This document shows, piece after piece, positions 1 through 11,773 of a stretch of 64,000 bases of DNA. The notes beneath the pieces were generated by a model, which saw only the letters and a list, made by a program, of their open reading frames with translations, ran no database searches and was not told the DNA's origin. The position numbers and the translations under genes are program-made. Source of the stretch: Eledone cirrhosa (Eukaryota); NCBI GenBank assembly GCA_964016885.1, contig OZ024741.1, forward strand, positions 233,306,001-233,370,000, written 5' to 3'. Position 1 is the first letter of the stretch, and each line of letters opens with the position of its first letter.

Positions 1-23
1 ATAGATAGATAGATAGATAGATA

Positions 24-185
24 GTAACAACCCGCTTTGGTCACGAATGACCATGAGTTTTGTATCTAGATGTTGATCCTCTGAGGTAAAGCCTGTGGAA
101 GACGGGTAGTCACACAACGCACACATCAAACTCAAAACCTCAGGATTGTGAACCCAATGCTCTAACAACTAAGCCATATGCCTTC
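24..185 (-). mobile_element. Decayed tRNA-headed SINE fragment, same family as 49920-50170
   Basis: ggtcacgaatgaccatgag...cctctgagg matches 49937-49985; reverse-complement tRNA-like head (ggcttagttgttagagcattggg) at 152-180. Confidence 0.55.
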
Positions 186-523
186 AGTTTGTGATTATGT
201 AGTCATATATCTGTGTCAGTTTAAACCAGTTCAGCAATTCATATTAAAATATGTTCACTGCTGTTGAAATATTTGAAATATGTTGGAGAAGAATAATCTA
301 TTGTGGAGTGGGGGTTGTTTCAACACGCCACAACCAACACTACCACATATGGTTACACCCATAGATGTTTATTCCACCACAGCACTCCTCCCTAACATAT
401 ACATATTCATGCTCATGTAAAATCACTTACGCGCAAGTCTAATTGAAAATTTGCTTATATGTATTAACACACATACACACCTTTCCTTTCTCTTCTCACT
501 CTCTATCTTTCTATCTCATTCTA

Positions 524-561
524 TCTTTTGATGAAGAACTAGTGTGTCCGAAAGGTTAAGA
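524..561 (+). ncRNA. Decayed minimal hammerhead ribozyme motif (family A)
   Basis: tctt-TTGATGA-a-gaactagtgtgtcc-GAA-AGGT-T-aaga; flanks homologous to 39536-39571 and 49773-49808; core C and stem III mutated. Confidence 0.55.
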
Positions 562-655
562 CTCTTTTCCTACTATATCAAACATTAAACTAATATATAT
601 CTTCATTGTATATATATAAATATATATATATATTGTTCAAGCATGTTTATATATA

Positions 656-1688
656 TTGTTCAAGCATGTTTTGCAACGTGAGGACCAGAAACAGGAGGTG
701 TTCAAGATTGCGAGGCAGTGTTTCAGAGAGAATTGTGATGTCATTGGAGAGAAGTGTATCCGGAATGATAAAGGTGAGCTTGTCCTCAAAAGTGCTGAGA
801 AGAAAGATGCATGGAAGAGCCATTATGAAAGATTACTAAATGAGGAGAATGCATGGGAAGAAGAGACTAGAAAGAAAGGGTCTCAAAGTCAACATGACAA
901 AGACTAAGGTCCTTGTAAGTAGACGAGAAAACAGAACCCAGATCCCCTCAGGGAAATGGCCTTGCTCAGTATGTAGGAAAGGTGTAGGTAGGAACTCCAT
1001 TCTCTGCCCCAAATGCAAACAATGGGTACACAAGAGATGTAGCGGGATCTCAGGAAGCTTAATTACCACCAGTCTATGGGAGGGCTCTGTAGAAACAGTA
1101 GACAGCTTCTGCTACCTAGGTGACCGAATTAGCAGCAGAGGTGGGTGTTCAGAAAGTACAATAACTAGGGTAAGAATGGGATGGAAGAAGTTCAGGGAAC
1201 TACTGCCACTGCTAGCTGCAAAAGGCTTCTCCCTCAAATTGAAAGGCAGACTGTATGATGCATGTATCTGAACAGCAATGTTACATGGTAGTGAGACCTG
1301 GGCGCTGAAGGTGGAAGACTTACGTAGATTAGAGAAAAACGAAGCCTGCATGCTCCGATGGATGTGTAACAGTAATATACGCAAACGACAAAGCATAAAT
1401 GAATTGAGAGTGAGACTGAGCAAAAGAGGAATCAAATGCTGTGTGCAGGAGAGGCGGTTGCGTTGGTATGGACATGTGATGCGTATGAAGGATGACAGCT
1501 GCATAAAAAGGTGCAGAGCACTAGAAGTCAATGCAAACCGCGGAGTGGGGAGACCCAAGAAGACCTGGGATGAGGTGATAAAGGCCGACCTTACCCAATT
1601 ACACCTCTCAAAGGCGATGACACACGACCGTGACCTCTGGCGTCACGCAGTAATACAGAGTACCCGACCTCCCATGGGTACAAGCTGA
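656..1688 (+). pseudogene. RTE-clade LINE, internally deleted RT region and C-terminus with Cys/His finger
   Basis: ORFs 656-907, 840-1271, 1278-1688: GLKVNMTKTKVL, CSVC...CPKCKQWVHKRC, FCYLGD, MLHGSETW, RRLRWYGHVMR, GRPKKTW; internal stop at 1269-1271. Confidence 0.9.
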
Positions 1689-1985
1689 AGCATATAGACA
1701 ATATTCCCCCACACCCTCCCACTGCAAGGTGGTCGTGGAGGTGCCACGGCAAAAAAGCACCCAGCCCACACTGTAAAGTGGACGTGTAGGCGCCACGAAA
1801 AAGCACCCAGCACTCACTGTAAATGAGGTTGGTGTTAGGAAGGGCATCCAGCTGTAGAAATCAAGCCAAATCAGTTCCTGTATGAGCAAGGCATGGTCAG
1901 CCGACCAGACACTGCCCACAACAGGACAACCCGTCTAACCCATGCTAGCATGGAAGAACGGACGTAAAACAGTGATGATGATGAT
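1689..1985 (+). mobile_element. 3' extension of the RTE copy: RTE-derived module plus RTE tail and (ATG)n
   Basis: ggttggtgttaggaagggcatccagctgtagaaa, then cccatgctagcatggaagaacggacgtaaaa and tgatgatgatgat. Confidence 0.7.
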
Positions 1986-3036
1986 TGTTATACTTGGGGA
2001 GGGTCATATTGCTGTAATAATATTGCCAGAATTAATAACAGAACACACTCACTGTTTGGCTGGTTTTCGCTTCTGAATCTTTTATATCTCCATTGTTAAT
2101 TTATTTGGCAATCAATGTTTATCATTGACTGACCAACGATCAAAAATATAGATATAAATATATATATATAGTCTAACAAAGTTCTTTCATTGCACATCTG
2201 CAACATCATCAGTGATACTATTATCATGTTTTCTCCTATTGTATTTTTATTTTATTTTATTTATTTATTTATTTTTGTCTCCGTCTCTGCACATGCGTTT
2301 GCGTGTGTGTATAATGTTTGATGTGTGTGTTCGCGTTTGAGTGTATGTGTTTTGGTTTTTGCATTCTATCTTTGTTTACTAGTGTGTGTTTATATGTGTT
2401 TGTTGTACTTATGTATATATTTATTTATTTATTTTATTTATTTATTTATTTATATTTCCCTTAAGTCAGTATTGTTTGTTTGGGTACGGTTGTTGTTGTT
2501 ATTCCATTCGTTTTTTTCTGTTTACCTTTGGTTTTCTAAGCTCTATTTCACTTGCTTCTCTGATTTTCCTACCTGTTGGGTCATTTCTATGTTTAGATAT
2601 TATTTTAATTTCTATGTTGTCTATATTACCGTCATGTCTTTGTCTGGCGTGTTCGTATAGTACTGAACCGTGTTTTTGTCCTTTTAACACACACCCCCCC
2701 CCCCCCCCCGTGTTGGTCTATTCTTTCTCCTATGCTTCGAGCTGACTCGCCTATGTATGACGTTGTCATGTTTCTGCAAGTACCCTCTGTACATCTTATG
2801 TTATAGACTACATTTCTAGTTTTACAGTTTATCTGGGGGTTCACTTTACATATAACATATTTCTTATTAGTACAGTGGGTTTTCTTAAAGGGGTATGTTT
2901 TGCTGATCAGGGATTTTATGGTAGTTCCTGGCTTTTCTACCACTTTAATCTTTAAGTGGGTCTTTCTTAGGACCTTTCTATATTGGTTAGCTAATTCCCC
3001 CCCAGGGGTAGCATCCATGTAAAATGGTGTAAACAT
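1985..3036 (-). mobile_element. PLE 3' fragment: GIY-YIG endonuclease, 3' UTR, hammerhead-bearing terminus
   Basis: ORF 2632-3036: CKTRNVVYNIRC...SYIGESARSIGERIDQH; hammerhead motif at 2175-2216. Confidence 0.85.
2175..2216 (-). ncRNA. Minimal hammerhead ribozyme motif
   Basis: Minus strand reads atca-CTGATGA-t-gttgca-gatg-tgcaat-GAA-AGAACT-T-tgtt; stems I and III imperfect. Confidence 0.6.
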
Positions 3037-3039
3037 TAC

Positions 3040-3582
3040 AATACAATAGGAGGAAACATGATAATAGTACCACTGATAATAAAAACAAACAAAAATTTAT
3101 TCAGTTTGACATTGCCAGTTACTATTCTTCTATTTCGCCTTCACTCCTCAACAACGCTCTATCTTTCGCATTTAAATGTTCTGACATTACCACAGATGAA
3201 CTTTACATCATTCTCACCGCAAGAAAAACTATCCTGGAATTCAATAACGAATATTGGACTAGAGCTGATACTTCCAACAATTTTGATATCACAATGGGTT
3301 CGTCGGATTCAGCGCAATTGACAGACTTGATTGGTATCTTTATTTTGAATTCTTTAAATCGGAAAATTCCTCAACTTCGCGGTGGAATTTATCGTGACGA
3401 TGCCCTTTTTACTGTCTTAAACTGTAACTTAGTTAACCTTAATATTATTAAGAATAATATACTTTATCTATTTAAGCACCATAACCTAAAAATTGAATTT
3501 GAAAACTAGCTAACTTCCTGCATATATCCCTTAATCTTGACACCGGCCTATATTACCTTTACCATAAAGACAATGAGAATCT
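3040..3582 (+). pseudogene. PLE reverse transcriptase fragment, frameshifted
   Basis: ORF 3294-3509: MGSSDSAQLTDLIGIFIL...GGIYRDDAL; homologous to RT at 15541-16359. Confidence 0.85.
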
Positions 3583-3585
3583 AAA

Positions 3586-3807
3586 TGATGTTGCAGATAT
3601 GCAATGAAAGAACTTTGTTAGACTATATATATATTTATATCTGTATTTTTAACCGTTGGTCAGTCAATGATAAACATTGATTGCCAAATAAATTAACTAT
3701 GGAGATATAAAAGATACAGAAGCGAAAACCAACCAAACAGTGAGTGTGTTCTGTTATTATTTCTGGCAATATTATTACAACAATATGACCCTCTCCAAGT
3801 ATAACAA
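3586..3807 (+). repeat. Inverted copy of the PLE terminal region 1985-2209
   Basis: Near-identical reverse complement; begins inside the hammerhead motif (tgatgttgcagatatgcaatgaaagaactttg). Confidence 0.9.
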
Positions 3808-3871
3808 TATCTGTTTCGATACACGATTTCATATCAAAAACCTTGCAAAACAAATATATATATATATATAT

Positions 3872-4220
3872 GGAGGCACATGGCTTAGTGGTTAGAACAT
3901 TGGCCTTGCAATCGAAAGGTTGTGAGTTCAATTCTCAGACCGGGTGATGTGTTGTTTCCTTGAGCAAGACACTTTATTTCACATTGCTCCAGTTTACTCA
4001 GCTGTAGAAATGAGATGATAGGGACCGGGGTCCCTATCATTCCACTGCAAAGTGGTCGTGGAGGTGCCACGGCAAAAAAGCACCCAGCACTCACTGTAAA
4101 ATGAGGTTGGTGTTAGGAAGGGCATCCAGCTGTAGAAATCAAGCCATAATCAGTTCCCGTCCCACCCTTGCAAGCAGGGAAAAGCGGACGTAAAATGAGG
4201 ATGATGATGATGATGATGAT
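3872..4220 (+). mobile_element. tRNA-headed SINE with RTE-derived body and tail
   Basis: A-box tggcttagtgg, B-box-like gagttcaattc; near-identical copies at 47652-47950 and 50234-50578; (ATG)n tail; follows (TA)n. Confidence 0.85.
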
Positions 4221-4289
4221 ATAAACCCATGCTAGCGTGGAAAATGGACGTTAAATGAAGATGATGATGATGATGATGATAAGTAGGGC

Positions 4290-5200
4290 GGGTAAAATTC
4301 CTGAGATCCATGTAAAGTCTCTGTCCTTCATCTGTCCTGCGTCTCCCAGAGACCAGTGTCTGTCCTTACGGCATCAGTATATGTCATCCTCAGTCTCCTC
4401 TGTATTACTTTCGAGCTGACTTTTGGGAGGCTCCCACACAGCTCTGAGTTCTTCATCCTCAGTGTATACTGATTAATGCTGAGCCATCCTCAGCATTCTC
4501 GTGTAGCACCCATCCACCATCTTAGTGAGTCTTTTGGTCTAAATTATGTTAATTTTAAATCTAACCACCCCACTAACATTAAAAATGGTATAGTCAGTGT
4601 CCAAGTCTCAGACCCATACAGCAGCACAGACCCCACTGTAGCAACAAAGAGACGGATCTTCAGGTCTTTACGAAGGTCTGACTTCCGCACTGATCTCAAA
4701 CTATGGCACACCACCCAGGCTTTGCTCTTCCTCTCAACCATATCATCCTCTGTGTTCCCAATCTTTGCTCCCAGATACAGGAAGTCGTCAACCACTCTAG
4801 CAGCTTCCCGCTTACATTCATAATCTTCTCTGGCTTCTTAATGTTCTCTACCAGATAGTTCGTCTTACTCTCATTCATTCTCAGCCCCACACTCATTGAC
4901 ACAATCTCTACCTCATGCATCAACGCCTCTGCCTCCTTCTCTGTGAACTCAGAACTTTGTTGTCAGCAAATTCAGCATCTGATATCTTTTTAGCCTTAGC
5001 CCTCCTGTTCTGAGCCAGTGCCACAGTAGAACCAGTGTCCTGGTGTTTCTCCAGTGCAAGGTGCATACAATAGCCCACTGCAATGATGAAAAGGTAGGGA
5101 ACCAACGTATCTCCCTGGAGCACTCCAGCAAGTATCTCAAAGAACTCCATCATCCTGTCAAGTGTAATGACTTGGGCTCTGGTGTTGGTATAGAGCAATG
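4290..5200 (-). pseudogene. Decayed RTE/RTE-X-like LINE RT fragment
   Basis: GVLQGDTLVPYLF, DAEFADN (YADD equivalent), GLRMNESKT, DFLYLG, VLLYGSETWTLT across frameshifted ORFs. Confidence 0.85.
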
Positions 5201-5775
5201 ATATCAGAACCTGGGTATGACATTAAACTGCATCCAGTGGCAAGGCTCCAGTTAGGGAGTTCAGGAGCTGTGTGGAATGTGGAGTTACCCTTTAGTTGTT
5301 ATCCCTCCCAGGTCTGCTTTGGCCCAGAGCAGTAGTACCTGTTATGGCCCCATTTATGGGTTAAATAATTACCTTACTCGAGTGGCGCCATTGAAAAGAA
5401 CCATGAAGAGTGTATTTAACAGCACTAGAGTTAGAGCCCCTAACTATACTGTCAAAGAGCAGTCTGGTCATTATGACTGGTTTAGAGCCACAGTGAGGGC
5501 CAGGGGATGATGGATCAGCTGTCTCTGAGACAAATATAAAGAAATGTGATATATATATATATATAAAGTCCGCAGTGCTGAAACTGGAGTGTGCACGTCA
5601 GTATAGTACTCTATGCATGGGAAGAAACAGAGTGGGTATAAAGGAAGATAAAAAGCCAACAGTGCTGCCTAACAATTTCAGTCTGTATTTGTCAAGATTT
5701 TTCAGCTTGCCAAATACAAGTCGAAGCTGCTTCCTATGTATATATATGATGATGATGATGATGATGATGATGATG

Positions 5776-5811
<36 letters not shown>

Positions 5812-6067
5812 CATCTTCTTCATTATCATCATCATTTAACATCTTTCTTACCTGCTTCCCCGTAAGCAAGGGTTGAATGGACTAAGTACCCAAGCCGAGC
5901 AACTGATCTCTCATATAGACCAGGGAGCCAACATCTTACTTACATATGCCCCCATGCTCTACCGAGTGCATTTTATCATGGCACCAACATGATAAAACAA
6001 CTGAAGACTCATATATATATATTTCTATAAATATATATATATATATGTGTGTGTGCAAGTGTGTGTA

Positions 6068-6565
6068 TCATCATCATCATCATTATCAACATTTAACATC
6101 CGTGTTCCACGCTTGCATGGGTTTGGACTGGGGTTTTCCCACTTGAGGCAAGAGTGATTGTCTTGCTCGCATAGGACTGTCTGGCAGGTTTTCTACAGCT
6201 GGATGCCCTTCCTAACACCAACCACATTTACAGTGTGGGGCTGGGAGGTTTTTACCGTGTTACCTACACGGCCACATTACAGTGTGGACTGTCTGGCGGG
6301 TTTTCTACAGCTGGATACCCTTCCTAACACCAACCACATTTACAGTGTGGGGCTGGGAGGTTTTTACCGTGTTGCCTACACGGCCACATTACAGCGTGGA
6401 CTGTGTGTTTTTTTGTCGTGACACCTACACGATCTCATTTGTTTCGGCCTGGATGTTGTGGCACCAACATAACTTTACATTGAAAGGGTGGTGTGGATGG
6501 GGTGGGGGTGGTTGGACGGGGGTGTATTTTGTTAGAGATGCCTACTGACTGTAGTAGGTTTTATC
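6068..6565 (-). mobile_element. 5'-truncated copy of the RTE 3' extension at 46815-47200, with a ~110-bp internal tandem duplication
   Basis: Near-identical to 46815-47195; segment 6175-6284 repeated at 6286-6395. Confidence 0.85.
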
Positions 6566-6726
6566 ATCATCATCATCATCATCATAATCATCGTTTAACA
6601 TCTATCTTCCACGCTAGCATGGGTTTAGACAGGTAATATATGATATATATATATATATATATATAATTTAATATAAAAATGGCTTCTACAGCATTTTTGT
6701 TAATGTCTATTTTCCATGCTTATGTG

Positions 6727-6757
<31 letters not shown>

Positions 6758-7049
6758 AATGTATATGTAGCATATAAATACAAATATACAAATGCACACA
6801 CAGAAATATATATATATACACACACACATATATCCTCTTCAGTTTAATGTCAACTCTTTTACATGCTGGCATTTTCGACCTATGTAATTTTTCAGAAATT
6901 CCAACCCATGCCCATCCCTCACTATATCATGGTTGAAGCTATATAAAGTCATATCTTCCTTCATATGCAATAGTTTCACATATCCTAACTTTCCATTAGC
7001 AAGTTGATGTTTGGAAAATTACATAACAAAAATGTCTTAAATAAAATAA

Positions 7050-7235
7050 TAATTGTTTCTACTTTTGGCACAAGGCCAGCAATTACCCAGTGTATTACTG
7101 GTACTTTATTTTATCGACCCCGTAAGGATGAAAGGCAAAGTTAACCTCAGCGGGATTTGAACTCAGAATGGAAAGGGCCGTAACTCTTTGCGTCCAAGCA
7201 TGGCGTCCGACCCTCTACCGATACTGCCAAACCAA
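7050..7235 (-). mobile_element. tRNA-headed SINE with Nin-like central domain
   Basis: Reverse complement of gcctttcatccttacggggtcgataaaataaagtaccag; reference + copy at 24399-24590. Confidence 0.85.
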
Positions 7236-8029
7236 ATAATGAATTATTTTAATATATGTATGAATATTCTAAAATGGGCAGTTTTCAATTATAAAACCAA
7301 AGCAGTTTCAGGTGGGTTGGCACCAAAAGGGTTAAGCAACTGAGAGTACAGGACTCACCTCTGAAAACCAGTCCATCACAGAGATTAACCGCCTGCAGCC
7401 ACAGGTACTCAGTTATCAGCTGAATGAACTGAAGTGCTTTACTCAAGAGCCAGGAGGTTACATTGTATGGCACAGCACCGACTACTGTTCAATGCTCCAC
7501 CCTCAGATTTCAAAAATTTATGGTGACATGCTTATTCTAAAACTCTGCCTTAAAATTATTGTAAATTAGAGTGGCCATCCAGAATTTTCTGAAGCCAACC
7601 TTCGATGGGCCTGTTCAAGGGCAGAACAAGTCATTTGGTAGTCTTGGGATAGAACCCATGGTCATGGGCCCAACACCATAACTACTAGGTAACAGTCCTT
7701 CACATTTTCAATTGTTAGAGTATCTAAAGCTTCCTCTATTACATAGAGTGAATCATAACCATTCAAACATGCTATGATTTTCAATTGTGAAGTCAACTGC
7801 CTTTTAATTAATACTTCCATATCGACTGAGAACCCCACTCGAGTGTAACCTCTTCCTCACACTCAAATGCACATATGCCTCATACTTAAGTACAAACTAT
7901 TACTCACTATTATGTGAAACATACTTGGGGCTGGTTGGGTGAAGAGGGGGTGTGTTATCTGCGGCATGCTTTAGTACAATAGACTGTACAATTTAGTATA
8001 CTCTGTACAATTTAGTATACTCTGTACCT

Positions 8030-8342
8030 ACCACCCACACAATGCTCTCACAACACCAACACCAACACCAATACCACTACCACCATGAACGCCACCACAA
8101 CCACAACTATACCACCACCACTACCCAACAACCACCACAATCGCCACCACAACCACCACCACAACCACCATCACAACAACAACAACCACAATCACAACCA
8201 CCACAAACACCAACAACACCACCACTATACCAGCACAGCCACCACCAGTACCCCATCACCACCACCAGTACCCCATCACCACCACCACTTCTACCATAAC
8301 TACACCACCACCCCCACCACTATCCAACAACCACACCACCTG
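8030..8342. repeat. Imperfect (ACC/AAC)n low-complexity tract
   Basis: Seen directly. Confidence 0.9.
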
Positions 8343-8437
8343 ACTGGCATTTGGTTTCTAATGTTAATCACCGTCACCAACTTGTAAGGTTATTGAAAGT
8401 AAAAATTTGTAGTTGCAAATTAGCGTATGTATGTATG

Positions 8438-8905
8438 TCTCTTTCTCTTAATTTCAAGTATATCTTTTTGACCGGCCACCTTCCTGGTGGCAAGGTTGTA
8501 AAAGAAAAGAAATTGTCATCCCTTGAATCGTAAGAATGTTTTGCAAATTTTGAAGGTGCCAGCTATCGCAGCCATTTGTAGACTATGAATTAGGGAGCTG
8601 CGCTTTTTTATCCGCAAATCCAAGTTCAGTCATACTTTGGTCCAAGCCGGTTGGTATATAACCCGTAGCTCCAATAATGATGGGTATGAAGCTAAAGGTG
8701 TATCTTGGATACTGGATTTGTAAACGCCTCACCAATAGTCCATAGATGTCCTCCTTCTCCTGTATTTTTCTGACAACGTTTACATCAAGTGGGGAGCTGA
8801 TCTCCACAACAGAACACGTTTTCAATGTGTGGTCCCAAACAACAATATCAGGTCGGTTGTGCTTTAATTTGGTGGCAGTTTTTATTTTCAGGTTCCACCA
8901 GTATT
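8438..8905 (-). pseudogene. R4/Dong-like non-LTR retrotransposon 3' fragment with restriction-like endonuclease
   Basis: Minus strand reads WNLKIKTATKLKHNRPDIVVWDHTLKTCSVVEISSPLDVNVVRKIQEKEDIY...IPIIIGATG (RPD...E...K motif); (TATG)n on both sides. Confidence 0.8.
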
Positions 8906-8929
8906 GTATGTATGTGCATATGTATGTGC

Positions 8930-8960
<31 letters not shown>

Positions 8961-9125
8961 TGTATGTATGCATGCATATATGTATGTGCATATGTATGTA
9001 TGAATATATGTTAGTATGTATGTTCGTATGTATTTATGTTTATATGTATGATATATATATATATATATATATATAGATATTAATTCAAAATATTAACAAA
9101 AATAGAACTTCTTGTGATCAAGTAG

Positions 9126-9190
9126 ATTTTATTATACATATTTCAGAGGTACTGAGCTAACTTCAACAGTACGTCCTCATCAGATAAAAT
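9126..9190 (-). ncRNA. Minimal hammerhead ribozyme motif (family B)
   Basis: attttat-CTGATGA-g-gacgtactg-loop-cagtacctc-t-GAA-ATATGTAT-A-ataaaat; perfect 7-bp stem I. Confidence 0.8.
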
Positions 9191-9536
9191 AAGATGATGC
9201 ATGACATAGCCTGACATAGTAGATGGTTAAGATCCAGTCATGGTAGTGAGTAAGATATGACAAAACTCAATATTTATATACCTTAAGATTGAGACATGAA
9301 AAAACTTACATATAATACATATAATACAGAGGGTGTGTGTGAGAAAGTTTAAAAATACATAACAGCAATTTACATAACTGTTAGAGATTCAAATAATTTA
9401 AATTATTGAAGAAAGAGGAAAGAAAAAAGAAAGACAAGGAGTATAGAGAGCAAAAGAGAAAACCATTTCCGTTGAGTGCTTCCAATCTATTGTAAAACTC
9501 ATTCTTTGATTTATTCATTGAACCTTGTTTAACCTT

Positions 9537-9572
<36 letters not shown>

Positions 9573-9627
9573 CAAGGTTTAGCAAATAGAGAAAAAGTTT
9601 TAAAATAAATTTTAAAAAGTTTACTGT

Positions 9628-9709
9628 ACCTACCGCGCGGTTTCAAGTCTCAAAATAAATGGATAATCCATGAGGAACACCATTGAGAAGGAGACTTTCG
9701 TCAGATGGT
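9628..9709 (-). ncRNA. Hammerhead motif with long stem-II loop
   Basis: CTGACGA-aagtctc-(~35 nt)-gagactt-GAA-ACCGCGCGGT-A-ggt; 10-nt palindromic stem III; stem I imperfect. Confidence 0.7.
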
Positions 9710-9918
9710 TCTTCTCACTCGGAGAATATAAAATTCCCGAGTTCAAATCACGAACTGGCGCCATACAGAACTGTTCCCGGATGAGAGTGTATGATAAAGA
9801 AACAATCTTGTCTAGTGCCGTGTGTAAAGGTAGAAGGCAAGGGCGGAAAGGTCAATGTCACGCCACTAGAAATAGCAGCAGTTAAAACGACCAAAATGTT
9901 ATCTCGTCCTTAGGGGAG

Positions 9919-10075
<157 letters not shown>

Positions 10076-10077
10076 GT

Positions 10078-11760
10078 AAATTTAAATACGACGTCAAACG
10101 TAACTTTGTCGAATGTTCATAACACTAATCTAAATCAGGAAACTATAGTACCTATCTTAAATAACTTCTCCAATCCAATTCCTTCTATAAATAATACTAG
10201 GTCACTTGTTAATAACTCGGGTAATTTCTCTAATCGTAATTGTAATTGCCCTGTTAGAACTAAATGTCCTCTTAATGACCAATGTCTTGATCAAAATTTA
10301 GTGTATGAATGTAAGGTTATAACTGGTACTAATTCTTTTACCTATTTTGGTTCCACTTCCACTTCCTTTAAAGCAAGATTTTATAATCACAATTCGTCTT
10401 TTAAATAACAACTTAAAAGAACTAACACAGCACTCTCAGAACTCATATGGTCCTTAAAAGACAAAAATATTAACTACAACATCTCTTGGAGGAAGGTTTG
10501 CAGCGCCTCTCCTTACCGGAATTCTTCCCTTTCCAGAACATGTAATCTCTGCCTAGCCGAGAAATTTACCATTATCTCTAATTTTAATTCTATAATAAAT
10601 AGACGTACGGATTTATTTTCACTCTGCTTGCATAAATCCCATAGAACTTTCCATAAAGTATACAGCTAATATCTCAATATCTAATTAGTTTAAAATCTTC
10701 TTTTTCTCAAACGCTTTTATATCTTTTACAAATATACCCATCTTTCTACCTTATTTCAGCATATTATATTATACAATTTACTCATTCTATATCGTTAGGG
10801 GTCCCCTATTTTTCTTCTTTTTTACCCTTTTTACTTTCTTTCTTTTTTTCTTTTTTAACTTATAATCTTTAATCTGTAACCTTTTACTTCTCAATTACTT
10901 CTTAATTCATATTATTACTCACTATAGCATTTTCCTTATATTCTTGGCCATACATACTATATTTTTAATATATACTAATATTACCATTAGTAAATTTTGT
11001 AAACATATATATTTTTTGACGTTATATTTTTTTCTTCCTTAAATTTTCTACTTTCTTCTCTCCTTCTGTGCTCGTATTAAACCTATTATTTCCTTTTTCA
11101 TATTACAATACATAAAAACAAACTTAAACCCTAACTAATTCCTCTAAGTTCATAATTCATTTAATTTCTTCTTCATTCACCTTATATCCTTAATATTTTT
11201 ATTTTAATAATACATATTAATAAATTCCTTTTCGCACATATTATTAAACCCTTCAATATATAAACCTTAAATAAATACTATTCTTAATTCCTTTTTCTTT
11301 AATCATAAACATCACCATTCATAAACCTCATTAACTTTTAATTTCAAAATATTTTTTTTAAATTATGTATTATCTTACAACGGTTTATTTTATTTTCTCT
11401 GTGAGACAGTGTTTCTCAGTATTAAAGGCTATCTCTCTCTCTCTCTTTCACTCATTTCTCCTCCTCTCTCATCCTTCCTTCTTATACTCCTCCCTCGTCA
11501 TCCTTTATTTTCTTTGTTCCTCTTCCTTACCTTTTCCTTCCCCCTCCTCCTTTTTTTTCCCAATCTCATATATCCATCTTACTTTATTTTTCATATGTTG
11601 ATTTAACACTTCACTGCTCGCAAGTGTTTTTTAAGCTTCATATCATGTCTCCCTATTTTATCTGATGAGAACGCAAATATCATCCCATGATGATATTTGT
11701 TTTTGAAATGCGCATAATAAAATACATGGAACTCTTAACTATCTTTTGATCTTATATTAT
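10078..11760 (+). mobile_element. 5'-truncated PLE: GIY-YIG, long pyrimidine-rich 3' UTR, hammerhead
   Basis: ORF 10106-10408: CNCPVRTKCPLNDQCLDQNLVYECKV...YFGSTSTSFKARFYNH, continuing past a stop to CNLCLAEK and CLH; bounded by (TA)n. Confidence 0.9.
11654..11724 (+). ncRNA. Minimal hammerhead ribozyme motif, best preserved copy
   Basis: tattttat-CTGATGA-gaac-gcaaatatcat-loop-atgatatttgt-tttt-GAA-ATGCGCAT-A-ataaaata; perfect 8-bp stem I and palindromic stem III. Confidence 0.88.
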
Positions 11761-11773
11761 ATATATATATATA

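Noticed and set aside
3872-3945. tRNA-like sequence as a tRNA gene
   Set aside because: No intact acceptor stem; it is the head of a multi-copy SINE.
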